A DNA stretch of 64,000 nt, taken from Labilithrix sp. (GTDB lineage: Bacteria; Myxococcota_A; Polyangia; Polyangiales; Polyangiaceae). A program made the translations under genes and the position numbers. Shown here one piece after another: positions 10,505-20,611 of this stretch. The stretch is taken from the NCBI GenBank assembly GCA_026128965.1, contig JAHCIY010000002.1:1576108-1640107 (forward strand), in the 5' to 3' direction. The notes under the pieces were generated by a model, which worked only from the letters and a program-made list of their open reading frames with translations, had not been told where the DNA came from and did not search any database. The first letter of the stretch is position 1. Every line of letters starts with the position of its first letter.

Positions 10505-11743
10505 TCACGCGTGCCTGCGCAGCGCGGCGCGCTTCGGCGCGGCCTCGTCGTCGAGCGGGTCGAACGACGCGTGGAGATCGCTGTCGTCGGCGACGGAGAC
10601 GAGCGCGACGCGGAGGCGCTCGCCCGCGCACGCTCCCGCGAGGTCGCGGAGGCGCTGGCGGCCGTCGTCGTCGAGGTCTCCGCGGAGAGCGGCGGCCGCG
10701 CCGGCGCGCGCGGTCGGCGGGACCGCGGTGTCCTCGACGATGCGCCAGAGCACGTCGGGCGGCGTGGCGGACGTCCGGAAGGAGGCGCGCGTGTCGACCG
10801 CCGCGCTCACGCTCGCGAGCCACTCCTCGGCGGAGCGCCCGCGGCGCTCGAACGCCGCCGCCTCGAGCGTCGAGGCGCGGTGCGCGGCGAGCTGCGTCTC
10901 GATCCGTTCGAGCAGCGCGTCGGGCGCCTTGTGCCCGTCCTTGAGGAGCGCGCCGCCGCGGCGGTTCTTGCGCGCCGCCGCGCTGTGCATCGTGACGACC
11001 TCGCCGCTCCGCAGGCGGATCTCGAGGTCCGCGTTTCGGAGCGCCGCGCCCTCCACCGCGGAGAACGGGATGAAGCGCCTCCGCCCGATCCAGTGACGGA
11101 TCGTGATCCCGTCGCTGCCCACCTCGAGCGTCACGATCTCGTGCAGCGCGGCGGCGATCATCCACCCGTACGTCAGCACCGCGGCGACGCCGAGCCACCC
11201 GATCGGGACGACGTGCGCGCGGAAGGCGAGGGCGCCGAGGGCGACGAGGGCTCCGATCGGGCCCGCGGTGTTGAGCGCCCCGACCGCGAGCGATCGGCGC
11301 CAGCTCCGGAAGCCCAGCGCCTGCCTCGCGAGCGACTGCTTCGGGTCGAGGCGGAGCACCTCGAACAGCGCCGCGCCGTCGTCGTCGACCTCGACGTCGA
11401 TCGGCTGGAGCAGCCTCCCGAAGCGCACGAACGTTCGCCCGCCGTCCTTCAAGACGAAGGCGTGGCCTATGTCCTCGCGCCGGAGGAGCCTCCGGCCGTC
11501 GAGGGTGAGCTCGTCCGCGCTCGCGCCGACGACGCCCCGCCGCTCGCGGAGCGAGCCGTACCAGGCGCGCAGCCCCGCGGCGTGCGCGCCGAGGTACGCG
11601 AGGAGGACGAGCACCGTCGCGAGCGACTCGCCGAGCAACGTGAGCGTCCAGACCACGCCGGCGAGGAGACCGACCGTCGACCCGAGCGCGAGGAGCAGGA
11701 GGAGCCAGCGTCGCCGCGTCCGCACCGTGGTCGTGAGCGTCAT
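10505..11743 (-). CDS. Hypothetical membrane protein
   Basis: Start chosen at MTLTTTVRTRRRWLLLLLALGSTVGLLAG (TM) rather than the upstream Arg-rich extension; several TM segments; balanced composition. Confidence 0.5.
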   Translation of the reverse strand: MTLTTTVRTRRRWLLLLLALGSTVGLLAGVVWTLTLLGESLATVLVLLAYLGAHAAGLRAWYGSLRERRGVVGASADELTLDGRRLLRREDIGHAFVLKDGGRTFVRFGRLLQPIDVEVDDDGAALFEVLRLDPKQSLARQALGFRSWRRSLAVGALNTAGPIGALVALGALAFRAHVVPIGWLGVAAVLTYGWMIAAALHEIVTLEVGSDGITIRHWIGRRRFIPFSAVEGAALRNADLEIRLRSGEVVTMHSAAARKNRRGGALLKDGHKAPDALLERIETQLAAHRASTLEAAAFERRGRSAEEWLASVSAAVDTRASFRTSATPPDVLWRIVEDTAVPPTARAGAAAALRGDLDDDGRQRLRDLAGACAGERLRVALVSVADDSDLHASFDPLDDEAAPKRAALRRHA

Positions 11744-11852
11744 TCCTCGCGCGCGAGAGCAAGCGGCAGGCCAAGCGCGGATCACGTGCGTTTCGTGGTC
11801 CAGCTCGAGCGCCGGCAGCGTCCTCGCGCCCTCACCTGTCACCGGTCGAGGA

Positions 11853-12179
11853 TCACTCGACCATGCGACGGAGCGCGGCGCACAGCGCGGCCCGGCGCCT
11901 CGCGCGCGCTTCGTCGCCGAGGAGCGAGGAGACACGCGCGTCGGCCTCGAGGAGGTGCACGAGCGCCTCGACCTTGTCGCCCGCCATCATGCGGACCGAC
12001 GCTGCGTCGAGGCGATCGACGACGAGGGCGGAGAGACCGACCTGCTGGTACGCCGCGTCGATCTCGCGACGCGCGTCGTCGGGGCGCTTGGAGCCGACGT
12101 GCCCGAGCGCCCGCTCGACGGCGGCGGTGAGCTGTTCGATGAGGGCCTCGAGATAGTCGCGCTTGATCATGACCGCTTC
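11853..12179 (-). CDS. Hypothetical small protein (108 aa)
   Basis: MIKRDYLEALIEQLTAAVERALG...; protein-like composition at the 3' end of a long junk ORF; ATG at 12179. Confidence 0.4.
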   Translation of the reverse strand, partial: EAVMIKRDYLEALIEQLTAAVERALGHVGSKRPDDARREIDAAYQQVGLSALVVDRLDAASVRMMAGDKVEALVHLLEADARVSSLLGDEARARRRAALCAALRRMVE

Positions 12180-12230
12180 CGGACCGACATCGTACTGCGC
12201 GCGTGCGCGACATGCGCGTACGATGGGGCG

Positions 12231-12767
12231 ATGTCCTCCGCGGCCCTGACGACGGCGCGCCTCGAGCTTCGACCCTTCTCTCTCGCCGTGGTGCGCGCGC
12301 TCCTCGAAGGGCGGCCGCGCCCGGAGCTCGAGGCGCTCGTCGGCGCCGAGCTGCCGTGGACGTGGCCGAGCCGCGCGCTCGTCGAGCAGGCGTTCTCGGC
12401 GTCGCTCGACGCGATCGTGGCCGCGCCCGACACGCGGCTCTGGGGCGATCGCTTGATGGTCACGCGCGAGGCGCCCGCGCGCGTCGTCGGCAGCGTCGTG
12501 TTTCACGGCCGGCCCGGCCCCGACGGGGTCGCCGAGGTCGCGTTCGGCGTGGAGGACGCGAGCCAGGGGAAGGGCTACGCGCGCGAGGCGCTCGCCGAGT
12601 GCATCGCGTGGGCCCTCGCGCAGCCCGAGTGCTCGAGCGTGCGCGCGACGACGACGGACTGGCATCGCGCCTCGAAGCGCCTCCTCGAGCACGTCGGCAT
12701 GAAGCAGGTCGGCGAGCACGTCGAAGGCGGCGCGCGCATGCTCGTGTACGAAGCGCGCCGGGCGTGA
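12231..12767 (+). CDS. GNAT family N-acetyltransferase (RimJ/RimL-like)
   Basis: 179 aa; LELRPFSL...VVFHGRPGPDGVAEVAFGVEDASQGKGYAREAL, an acetyl-CoA-binding Q/RxxGxG/A-like motif. Confidence 0.75.
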   Translation: MSSAALTTARLELRPFSLAVVRALLEGRPRPELEALVGAELPWTWPSRALVEQAFSASLDAIVAAPDTRLWGDRLMVTREAPARVVGSVVFHGRPGPDGVAEVAFGVEDASQGKGYAREALAECIAWALAQPECSSVRATTTDWHRASKRLLEHVGMKQVGEHVEGGARMLVYEARRA

Positions 12768-12949
12768 GCTCATCGGGATCCGAAGGCGGGGATCGTCGAC
12801 CTCGTGCTCGCGGTCCGCTGAGCGTCCCCTCGTCGCTACGGGCCGATGCGGTCTTGGCAAGCCGAACAATGCCGCTCGACGCGCTTGCCGTTCGGGACGC
12901 GCTCGGTCGTGACCTTCTTGCCGAAGAGGAGCCACATGCCTCGAACGTA

Positions 12950-13732
12950 TCACTCGGCGATGCAGCGCTCGATGCGCTTCATGACCTTCTCGATGTCGCC
13001 GACGACGAACTGCTCCGCGCCGCCGCTCTTGCGCCGGAGCTCGAGGCGATCGCGGAGGCCGCCCGCGAGGGCGTTCTCGATGCTCAGCTCTCCCTCCAGC
13101 TTCGCCATCGCCGCGACGTCGGCGAGCGGGATCGCGCGGACCTCCGGCGGCGTGTCGCGCCCGAGCGCGGAGAGGATCGTGTCCATCGCCTTCTCGAAGC
13201 TGCTCGGGAAGAAGACGAGCGACGTCCCGATCTGCGCGAGCCTCCCGCCGACCGCGAGCACCCCCTGCACCCAGTCGGCGTCGACGCTCCAGCGCTCGTG
13301 CGCGGGCTCGGCGCCGGGGACCACCTTCGCGATCGCGTCCCGGATCGCGGACGCGGCCTCGCCGGTGCCGCCGATGACGAAGAAGGCTTCGTCGTCGAGG
13401 CCGAACCGCTGCTCGATGACGAGCGGACGCCCCTTCTCCCCGAGCCGCTCCGTCTCCGGCTCCTCGACGACCTTCGCGACGTCGAGGAGCCAGGTCGCCC
13501 ACGGATCGCCGCCGCTCGCCGGCGCGCCGGAGACCAGCAGCGCGGCGTGGACGGCGACGCCGAGCTTCACCGGCTGGAAGGCGAGGCGCTGGTTGGTCAG
13601 CGTCAGCTGCCCGTGCTTCGGCGCGCCGCCCTGGGTGTGGTCGACGAGCCACTCCGCGACGACGGTCTCGTCGGGCCGGAGGTCGAGGGCCTCGATCTCG
13701 GGCAGCAGCACCATGCGCGGAGCATACCGCAC
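12950..13732 (-). CDS. Hypothetical protein (PH/GRAM-like?)
   Basis: 260 aa, balanced composition; followed 5 bp downstream by a 33-codon ORF (12846..12947, MWLLFGKKVTTERVPNGKRVERHCSACQDRIGP). Confidence 0.5.
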   Translation of the reverse strand: MRYAPRMVLLPEIEALDLRPDETVVAEWLVDHTQGGAPKHGQLTLTNQRLAFQPVKLGVAVHAALLVSGAPASGGDPWATWLLDVAKVVEEPETERLGEKGRPLVIEQRFGLDDEAFFVIGGTGEAASAIRDAIAKVVPGAEPAHERWSVDADWVQGVLAVGGRLAQIGTSLVFFPSSFEKAMDTILSALGRDTPPEVRAIPLADVAAMAKLEGELSIENALAGGLRDRLELRRKSGGAEQFVVGDIEKVMKRIERCIAE

Positions 13733-13764
13733 GCGGGCAGCGGTTTTTCGGCTACGACGGAATC

Positions 13765-14703
13765 ATGCGCATTCGTTCACTCATCTCGTTGCTGCTCTTG
13801 TGCGTCGCGGCGTCCGGCTGCGCGACGATGGACATCCCGCAGGCCCATCGCGGGCGGAAGTTCTCCCGGACCGGTCTCTTCGCGCTCTACACCGGCGGCG
13901 ACGGCATCAGCGGACCGGTGCTCGATCCCGGCACGCACTTCCTCGGTCTGTACAACGAGCTCCGCATCGTCGACTGCTCCACCACCACCGTCCGCGAGTC
14001 GCTCGACACCCTCACCCACGACGGCGTGCACTTCGGGTTCGACATCGTCGTGCGCTTCAGCGCCGATTGCTCGGACGAAGGAGTCCAGCAGCTCATCACG
14101 AACCTGCGTCCCGATCAGGAGGACACCGTGAGCGCGCGGCGCGTCTACGACACCTACGTGCAGCCCGCGATCGGCGAGGCGGCGCGCGAGTTCGTGTCGC
14201 CGCTCCGCGCGAACGAGCTGAACGAGAAGCAGGCCGCCGTCGCCGACGGGGTGAAGCGGCGCTTCAACGAGATCATGGCGACGCGCGAGAAGAAGCTGGT
14301 GAAGGTCTACGAGGTGAACATCTCTCACCTCCAGTTCCCGCAGGCGCTCGACACCGCGAACCTGGAGCGCGCGGCGCAGGCGGTCATGCGCGACAAGTCG
14401 ATCGCGGAGCGCGAGCGCGTCACCGCCGAGGTGGAGACGATGACGATCCGCCGCAAGCTCGCGGAGCAGGAGGCCGAGGTCGCGGTCGTGAAGATCGAGA
14501 AGGTCGGCGCCGCGCTCGCGAAGAACCCGGCCTACGTGCAGTACGAGCTCGTGCTCCGCCTGCCCGAGATCTACCGCGAGGCCGGCGCGCGCGGGAACAT
14601 GATCCTCGCCGCGCCCAACCCCTTCAACCTGCCGCAGCTCTCCGGACCGTCCGCCGCCGCCACGCCGCCGCCGCCGCCGTCGACGGCCCTCCCGGCGCGG
14701 TAG
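13765..14703 (+). CDS. SPFH/band-7 domain lipoprotein
   Basis: Lipoprotein signal LLLLCVAASGCA; SPFH-like core with coiled-coil; Pro-rich C-terminus. Confidence 0.7.
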   Translation: MRIRSLISLLLLCVAASGCATMDIPQAHRGRKFSRTGLFALYTGGDGISGPVLDPGTHFLGLYNELRIVDCSTTTVRESLDTLTHDGVHFGFDIVVRFSADCSDEGVQQLITNLRPDQEDTVSARRVYDTYVQPAIGEAAREFVSPLRANELNEKQAAVADGVKRRFNEIMATREKKLVKVYEVNISHLQFPQALDTANLERAAQAVMRDKSIAERERVTAEVETMTIRRKLAEQEAEVAVVKIEKVGAALAKNPAYVQYELVLRLPEIYREAGARGNMILAAPNPFNLPQLSGPSAAATPPPPPSTALPAR

Positions 14704-14711
14704 GACGAGCG

Positions 14712-15512
14712 ATGCCCAAGGTCGTCATCGGGGATCTCGAGCTCGCCTACGAGTCGCGCGGGAGGGACGACGCGCCGGTGCTCCTCGCGATCATGGGGCT
14801 CAGCGGGACGTCCGGACACTGGCGCGGGTTCCCGGCGCGCTTCGAGGACCGCTACCGCGTCGTCACGTTCGACAACCGCGGCGCGGGCGAGACGTCGGCG
14901 CCGGCCGGTCCGTATTCGACCGCGCAGATGGCGGGCGACGCGCTCGCGCTCCTCGATCAGCTCGGCGTCGCGGAGGCGAGCGTCCTCGGCGTGAGCATGG
15001 GCGGGATGATCGCGCAGGAGCTTGCGCTGCGCGCGCCCGATCGCGTCGCGAAGCTGGTCCTCGCCTGCACGACGCCGGGCGGACGCGGGGCGATCCTCCC
15101 GGGGCCCGACGTCCTCGCCTCCTTCGCGAACGTCGGGAAGGGCGGCGCGGAGGCGACGGTGCGCCGCCTCCTCGCGCTCAACTTCAGCCCGCGTTTCCTC
15201 GCGGCGAGCGCGGACGTCTTCGAGGAGCTCGTGACGTACGGGCTCGCGAACCGGATGACGCCGGCGGGCTTCCAAGGACAGCTCGCCGCGGTCGCGAGCC
15301 ACGACGCGGCGGCGCGCCTCCCGGGCATCCGCGCGCCGACGCTGGTGCTCACCGGCGATCTCGATCGCGTGATCCCGCCCGGGAACGCGCGGCTCCTCGC
15401 GGACGCGATCCCCGGCGCGCGCCTCGTGATGCTCGAAGGGATCGGTCACATGTTCTGGATCGAGGCGGCCGCCGAGGCCGAGGCCGCGATCCGCGCGCTC
15501 CTCGACGAATAG
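14712..15512 (+). CDS. Alpha/beta hydrolase fold protein
   Basis: 266 aa; HWRGF...FDNRGAGET; nucleophile elbow GVSMGG; C-terminal His (GIGHMF). Confidence 0.85.
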   Translation: MPKVVIGDLELAYESRGRDDAPVLLAIMGLSGTSGHWRGFPARFEDRYRVVTFDNRGAGETSAPAGPYSTAQMAGDALALLDQLGVAEASVLGVSMGGMIAQELALRAPDRVAKLVLACTTPGGRGAILPGPDVLASFANVGKGGAEATVRRLLALNFSPRFLAASADVFEELVTYGLANRMTPAGFQGQLAAVASHDAAARLPGIRAPTLVLTGDLDRVIPPGNARLLADAIPGARLVMLEGIGHMFWIEAAAEAEAAIRALLDE

Positions 15513-16739
15513 CTACTTCGCGACCAGCTCGAGCAGCTCGCCGTCCTCGGCGTCGGTGAGGACGAAGAGCGTGCCGCTCGGGCCGACGCGGACGTCGCGG
15601 ACGCGCGCGCGATCGACGAGGAGCCGCTCTTCGCCGACGACGCGATCGCCCTCGAGCGAGAGGCGCGCGAGGTGCTTGCCCGCGAGGGCGCCGACGAACA
15701 AGCTGCCTCTCCACGCCGGGAACGCGGCGCCGTCGTAGAAGGCGGCGCCCGACGGCGCGATGATCGGATCCCAGTAGTAGACCGGCTGCTCCATCCCTTC
15801 CTTCTGCGTGATGCCCTCGCCGATCTTCCCGCCACCGTACTCGATGCCGTACGCGATCGTCGGCCAGCCGTAGTCCTTTCCTTTGCGCGCGACGTTGACC
15901 TCGTCGCCGCCGCGCGCGCCGTGCTCGACGACCCAGAGCTCCTTCGTCTGCGGGTGGAGCGCGGCGGCCTGGATGTTCCGATGCCCGATCGACCAGATCT
16001 CCGGCAGCGCGCCGGCGCGTCCGACGAACGGGTTGTCCGGCGGCGCGCTCCCGTCCGGGCGGAGGCGGACGACCTTGCCGAAGGCGCTGTCGAGGCGCTG
16101 CGCCTGGCGCCGGCCTTCGAGGATCGATCGCTCGCCGAGGGTGACGAAGAGGTTCCCGTCGGGCGCGAACACGATGCGCGCGCCGAAGTGCTTCGTCGAC
16201 TCGAGCGTCGGCGTCATGCGCCAGACGATCTGCGCGCCGTCGAGCCGCGGCGTACCGTCGAGGAGCAGCTTCGCGCGCGCGAGCGCGGTCCCGTTTCCTC
16301 CCTCGCGCGGCTCCGAGAACGTGAGGTAGACGACGCCGTCCTCGGCGAACGTCGGCGCGACCGCGACGTCGAGGAGGCCGCCCTGATCCTCCGCCATCAC
16401 CTTCGGCACGCCCGCGAGCGCCTCCGACTTCGCGCCGTCGGTCCCGATCAAGAGGAGGCGCCCGCGGCGCTCGGTGACGAGCATGCGCCGATCGGGGAGG
16501 AACGCGACCGACCACGGATGATGGAGGCCGCGCGCGACGACGCGCACGTCGAACGCGACCCCGGCGCCGCGGAAGGGCGCGCGCGTCTGCCCCGCGAACG
16601 CGGCTCGCTGCTCGGGCGCGTTCGCCGCCTTCGTCTCGACCGGCTGCCCCGGCACCTGGTTGCCGGGGCCGGTCGCCTTCTTGCTGCAGCCGGCGAGAGC
16701 GACGAGGGCGATCAGCGAGGCGAGGCGGACGCGGGACAT
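15513..16739 (-). CDS. PQQ-dependent soluble sugar (aldose) dehydrogenase family lipoprotein
   Basis: 408 aa; lipoprotein signal LVALAGCS; YliI/sorbosone-dehydrogenase-like blocks (HHPWSVAFLPDRRMLVTERRGRL, WSIGHRNIQAAALHP, GKDYGWP). Confidence 0.85.
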   Translation of the reverse strand: MSRVRLASLIALVALAGCSKKATGPGNQVPGQPVETKAANAPEQRAAFAGQTRAPFRGAGVAFDVRVVARGLHHPWSVAFLPDRRMLVTERRGRLLLIGTDGAKSEALAGVPKVMAEDQGGLLDVAVAPTFAEDGVVYLTFSEPREGGNGTALARAKLLLDGTPRLDGAQIVWRMTPTLESTKHFGARIVFAPDGNLFVTLGERSILEGRRQAQRLDSAFGKVVRLRPDGSAPPDNPFVGRAGALPEIWSIGHRNIQAAALHPQTKELWVVEHGARGGDEVNVARKGKDYGWPTIAYGIEYGGGKIGEGITQKEGMEQPVYYWDPIIAPSGAAFYDGAAFPAWRGSLFVGALAGKHLARLSLEGDRVVGEERLLVDRARVRDVRVGPSGTLFVLTDAEDGELLELVAK

Positions 16740-16946
16740 GGCATGTAGTATCGCGCGCGGATGATGAAAAGATACGCGCTCGTTCTCGCCTCACCGTCGT
16801 CGCGTGTCAGGAGAAGACGAACGCGCCGGGCGCCGCACCCGACGCCGCGCCGAGCGCCGCAGCGAGCGCCGCGCCGGCCGTCGAGGGGCACGTGAGGCGT
16901 CACGGGTCGACGTCCTCGCAGGTCTGCTAGACTGCTCGCGGAGATT

Positions 16947-17723
16947 TTGGAGAAGGCGATGTCCTGGGAGCAGCACGTCCAACAGCTCTACGCCCTCGAC
17001 GAGGCCGACCCGGCGAAGCTGTCGATGGCGCGCGCGTTCCTCGACGCCATCGGCAGGCAGTACCTGCAAGGGCACGAGATCGTCGAGCGCGGCGCCGACG
17101 CCGAGGTCGAGATGCGCGGCACCTGGCACGGCGCGCCCGTGCGCGGGAAGATCGACACCAACTTCGCGCTCTTCGAGTGGGAGATGCGGGCGCCCAACCC
17201 GACCGCGACCACGATCCACCTGTGCTTCGACGAGGACGCGATCCCCAAGGCGGGAGCCTTCAGCGGAGCGAACGCGAGCGCCTGGGAAGATCGAGGAGCG
17301 AAGGAGAAGGAGAAGGTCTTCTTCGGGCGAGGGTACTTCGTCGAAGCGACGAGCGCCGAGCTCCCGCGCGTGCTCGCGATCTACGACGCGTTGCCCCCCG
17401 AGGTTCGGCAGAACCTCGCTGCGTGCATGGTCGGCGACCGCATCTCGCGGCTCCTCGTTCGCGACGGAGGCTCTCTGTTCCTCATGTGGTCCGACGGCTT
17501 GCACCAGCTCGGGGCAGGCGTCTTCGACCGGGTCGCGCGGGGAGCATGGCTGCTCGGTCAGGTCGCCTTCGGGATCGCGCGTGTCGACCCGGCGCCGCTC
17601 CCTCCTCCCGGCGCGCCCCCGTCGCTCTCCGGCTCCGAGCCGATGACGTGCTCGTACTGTCGCTCGCGCTTCCTCGTCCGGCAGACCCCGTCGTGCCCCA
17701 ACTGCGGCGCGCCCCCACGATGA
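16947..17723 (+). CDS. Hypothetical protein with C-terminal zinc-ribbon (CxxC...CxxC)
   Basis: 258 aa; C-terminus MTCSYCRSRFLVRQTPSCPNCGAPPR. Confidence 0.5.
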   Translation: MEKAMSWEQHVQQLYALDEADPAKLSMARAFLDAIGRQYLQGHEIVERGADAEVEMRGTWHGAPVRGKIDTNFALFEWEMRAPNPTATTIHLCFDEDAIPKAGAFSGANASAWEDRGAKEKEKVFFGRGYFVEATSAELPRVLAIYDALPPEVRQNLAACMVGDRISRLLVRDGGSLFLMWSDGLHQLGAGVFDRVARGAWLLGQVAFGIARVDPAPLPPPGAPPSLSGSEPMTCSYCRSRFLVRQTPSCPNCGAPPR

Positions 17724-17747
17724 GGAGCAGAAGGATCGAAGGCGCGC

Positions 17748-18737
17748 TCACCACTTGCCGTCGCGGACGCCGACCGCGTGGCCGAGGGCGTTCCACAGCT
17801 TCGTGACGGGGCCGACGTTCACCGGCGCGTCGTCCTGGAGCGGGAGCTTGCTCTTCTCCATGTCCATCTCCTTCACGCTCTTGATCCCGGCGAGGCGATC
17901 GCTGCCTGCGATCGCGCCGCGCGCTTCGTCGTAGAGCTCGAACCACGGGAGGCCGTGCTGCGCGTAGTCGCGCGCCGTGATCGGCGACGCCGGCGGCTCC
18001 TCGCCCGTGATCTCGCGCCAGAGCTCGGAGCTCACGATGTGGACGAAGACGCGGGACGTCCGCGCCGGGTCCCACGCGTCGATGCCGTGCGGATCGGGGT
18101 AGATGCTCTGCTTCATGCGTCCGCCGGCGGCGAGCCCCATCGCCCCGCCCGGCGCCGGGGCCGCGCACATCGGCATGCACGGGGCGCCGCCGAAGCCGGC
18201 GCGCCAGAGCCGCTCCGGCGGCTCGTTCGGGAAGCGGCCCGGCTTAGGCTCGAAGACCTGGAGCTGGAGGCCGCCGACCGACTCGTCGCCGGTGACCTGA
18301 CCTTCGACCGTGTAGCCGAGGCCGAGCGGCATCGCGACGAACTGGCGGATGATCCCCTTCTTCACCGCGATGCCGTCGAGCCACGGCTGCGGCGGCGTCA
18401 CGAGGTAGTTCTGCGGACGCGACGAGAGCCCGTCCTTCCATCGCTCGCCGGTGAGCGCGCACACCTTGCCGAGGCCGACCTTCACCGCGCGCGGCTTCCA
18501 GTGCTCGCCCGCGAACGAGATCCACATCGCCTCGCGCTGGTACATCGGGAGGAAGACGCCGCCGTGCTCGCGCCACTCGGCCGGCACCTTCGAGGCGTAG
18601 TCGTCGACGCGCCGGATCGGGAAGCGACCGAGGCCGGGCGGGAGCGGGTAGGTCTTGCCGTCGTCGGGGATGCGGAGCGTGCGGAGGAACGAGACGGTCA
18701 GGCCGTCGCCGAGCGCGAGGGTGTCTTGGAGGGTCAT
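17748..18737 (-). CDS. Hypothetical protein
   Basis: 329 aa; balanced composition; no family recognised. Confidence 0.5.
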   Translation of the reverse strand: MTLQDTLALGDGLTVSFLRTLRIPDDGKTYPLPPGLGRFPIRRVDDYASKVPAEWREHGGVFLPMYQREAMWISFAGEHWKPRAVKVGLGKVCALTGERWKDGLSSRPQNYLVTPPQPWLDGIAVKKGIIRQFVAMPLGLGYTVEGQVTGDESVGGLQLQVFEPKPGRFPNEPPERLWRAGFGGAPCMPMCAAPAPGGAMGLAAGGRMKQSIYPDPHGIDAWDPARTSRVFVHIVSSELWREITGEEPPASPITARDYAQHGLPWFELYDEARGAIAGSDRLAGIKSVKEMDMEKSKLPLQDDAPVNVGPVTKLWNALGHAVGVRDGKW

Positions 18738-18879
18738 GCCGATGGGACGAACGACCTCCGCGCGCCGTCACACGGTCTCCGTGCGATGGTGAAAGAGTCG
18801 CGTCGTTACCGGCGTTTGCGAAAAATCGTCGAGGGCCGTGTGACAGATCACGGGCGCCGTTCGTCGTATCCTCGGCGTC

Positions 18880-19440
18880 GTGTCTTCGTCCGAGCTCGAG
18901 CAGCACATCAAGGCCGGGAACCTCCGCCGCGCGGCGTCGTCGCTCGTCGTCGCGTACGGCTCGGACGTGCTCGCGACGTGCGTCGCGATGGTGCGCGATC
19001 GCTCCGCCGCGGAGGACCTCACGCAGGACGTCTTCGGGGACGCGATCCGCGGGCTCGCTTCGTACCGCGGCGACGCCGCGCCGCGGACGTGGCTCCTCTC
19101 GATCGCGCGGAACCGTTGCATCGACTACCTGCGCGCGCGGAAGCGTGACCCGTGGGGCGGCACGCTCGACGAAGGCGCGCCCGATCCCGACGAGCATCCC
19201 GACACGACCGCGTTCGGGAGCGAGTGGCTCGCGGATCGATCGCTCGTCCTCCGGGCGCTCGACGCGCTCGCCGAGGGCGATCGCGCGCTCGTCGTCCTCC
19301 GCTTCAAGAACGGCCTCGACTACGACGAGCTCGCGCACGCGTTCGGGCTTCGAGAGGGCACCGTCCGCATGCGCGTGTCGCGCGCGCTCGCGCGGATGCG
19401 GCAGGTCCTCGAGCTCGACACCGTTCGCGCCCCCGCGGCG
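18880..19440 (+). CDS. ECF-type RNA polymerase sigma factor (sigma-70 regions 2 and 4); 3' end unresolved
   Basis: Region 2 (DLTQDVF...WLLSIARNRCIDYLR) and region 4 (LDYDELAHAFGLREGTVRMRVSRALARMRQ); no in-frame stop until 20646; a 36-bp direct repeat (PMSFGGAP x2) follows at 19435..19518. Confidence 0.7.
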
Positions 19441-19810
19441 CAGCCGATGAGCTTCGGCGGAGCGCCGCCGCCGCGTGCCGCCGCGGCGCAGCCGATGAGC
19501 TTCGGCGGAGCGCCGGCGCCGCGATGCCCCCGCGGCGCCGGGTGGAGGGCGCCGCCGGCGCCGCCGCCGCGGCGCGGGCGAGCCGATGTCGTGGTGGGCG
19601 CGTCTCGTCGGGTGGGCGCGCGGCGAGGGTGCGCCGCCGGAGGCCGCGGTCGCGCGTCCGATCGGCGCGCTCGGGAGCGTCCTCGCCGCGAACGAGACCG
19701 CGCCGACGGAGCCCCTCGCGGCGCGGCTCGCGACGTTGATCGACGCGCTCCCGAGCTGAGCGCTCGGCGCGGCGTTACAGGAAATCGTCTGCTCGTTTGC
19801 GGCGCGGGTC

Positions 19811-20611
19811 TTGTACGATGCGGAGGTGTCGCGCGCGTGGATGCTCGTGTTGCTCGCTGCGTGCTCGGGCGCCGGCGCGTCCGAGACCGAGGCGAGGACG
19901 GAGGACGACCTCGCAGAGCGGCGCTACGTCGACGCGTACGCCGACGCGCCGATGACGGGCGTCGCGCGGACGAAGATGCTCGGCGCGCTCGACCGCCTCG
20001 CGAAGGTCGCGCGCTCGAGCAAGAGCGAGCTCCGGCGGGCGATCGCGACCGAGACGCTCGCGCGGATCGAGGACGGCGACGTGCTCCTCGGATCGATCCA
20101 GGCCGCGCGCGGGATCGATCGCTGGCACATGTGCAAGGACGAGGAGCTGCCGGTCTGCGCCGGCGCCCCGCCCGCGAGCGACGATCGGGTCTGGACCGGC
20201 GACGCCGAGCTCGCGCGGCGCCTCGAAGAAGGGCTCGCGGGCTACCAGTGGGGCAACCGCGTCTACTTCTCGATCACGGAGGAGACCGACGTCGGCGAGC
20301 TCGCCGCCACGCTCGTGCACGAGGCGGTGCACGTCGCGCATCGGTCCGAGTGCCACTACTACGCGGTCGTCGACGACCACGTCGTCGCGCCCGAGCCGGC
20401 GTACGTCGAGGAGTACCGCTCGTTCCTCGCGGAGTGCTGGTACGGCGACGACGCCGCGACGGCGGAGGAGTGCGTCGCGTACGCGAAGGCGGCGACCGAC
20501 GACTACGGCTTCGGCGTGAGCCCCGACGCGGCGGCGCTCGGCGCGCGCCTGATCGGCGAGCTCGTGCCGGCGAAGGCGACGTGGCCTCGGGCGTTCGGCG
20601 CCTGCGAGTAG
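19811..20611 (+). CDS. Lipoprotein with HExxH (HEAVH) zinc-metallopeptidase-like motif
   Basis: 266 aa; signal MLVLLAACSG; HEAVHVAH; located downstream of the ECF sigma factor. Confidence 0.5.
   Translation: MYDAEVSRAWMLVLLAACSGAGASETEARTEDDLAERRYVDAYADAPMTGVARTKMLGALDRLAKVARSSKSELRRAIATETLARIEDGDVLLGSIQAARGIDRWHMCKDEELPVCAGAPPASDDRVWTGDAELARRLEEGLAGYQWGNRVYFSITEETDVGELAATLVHEAVHVAHRSECHYYAVVDDHVVAPEPAYVEEYRSFLAECWYGDDAATAEECVAYAKAATDDYGFGVSPDAAALGARLIGELVPAKATWPRAFGACE

Noticed and set aside
11103-15512. Long ORFs 11103..12767(+), 11853..13652(-), 12203..14131(+), 12846..15512(+) taken at face value
   Set aside because: Only their 3' portions (GNAT, small MIKRDYLE protein, alpha/beta hydrolase) look like real proteins. 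The 5' extensions are GC-frame artefacts, so I trimmed to internal starts.
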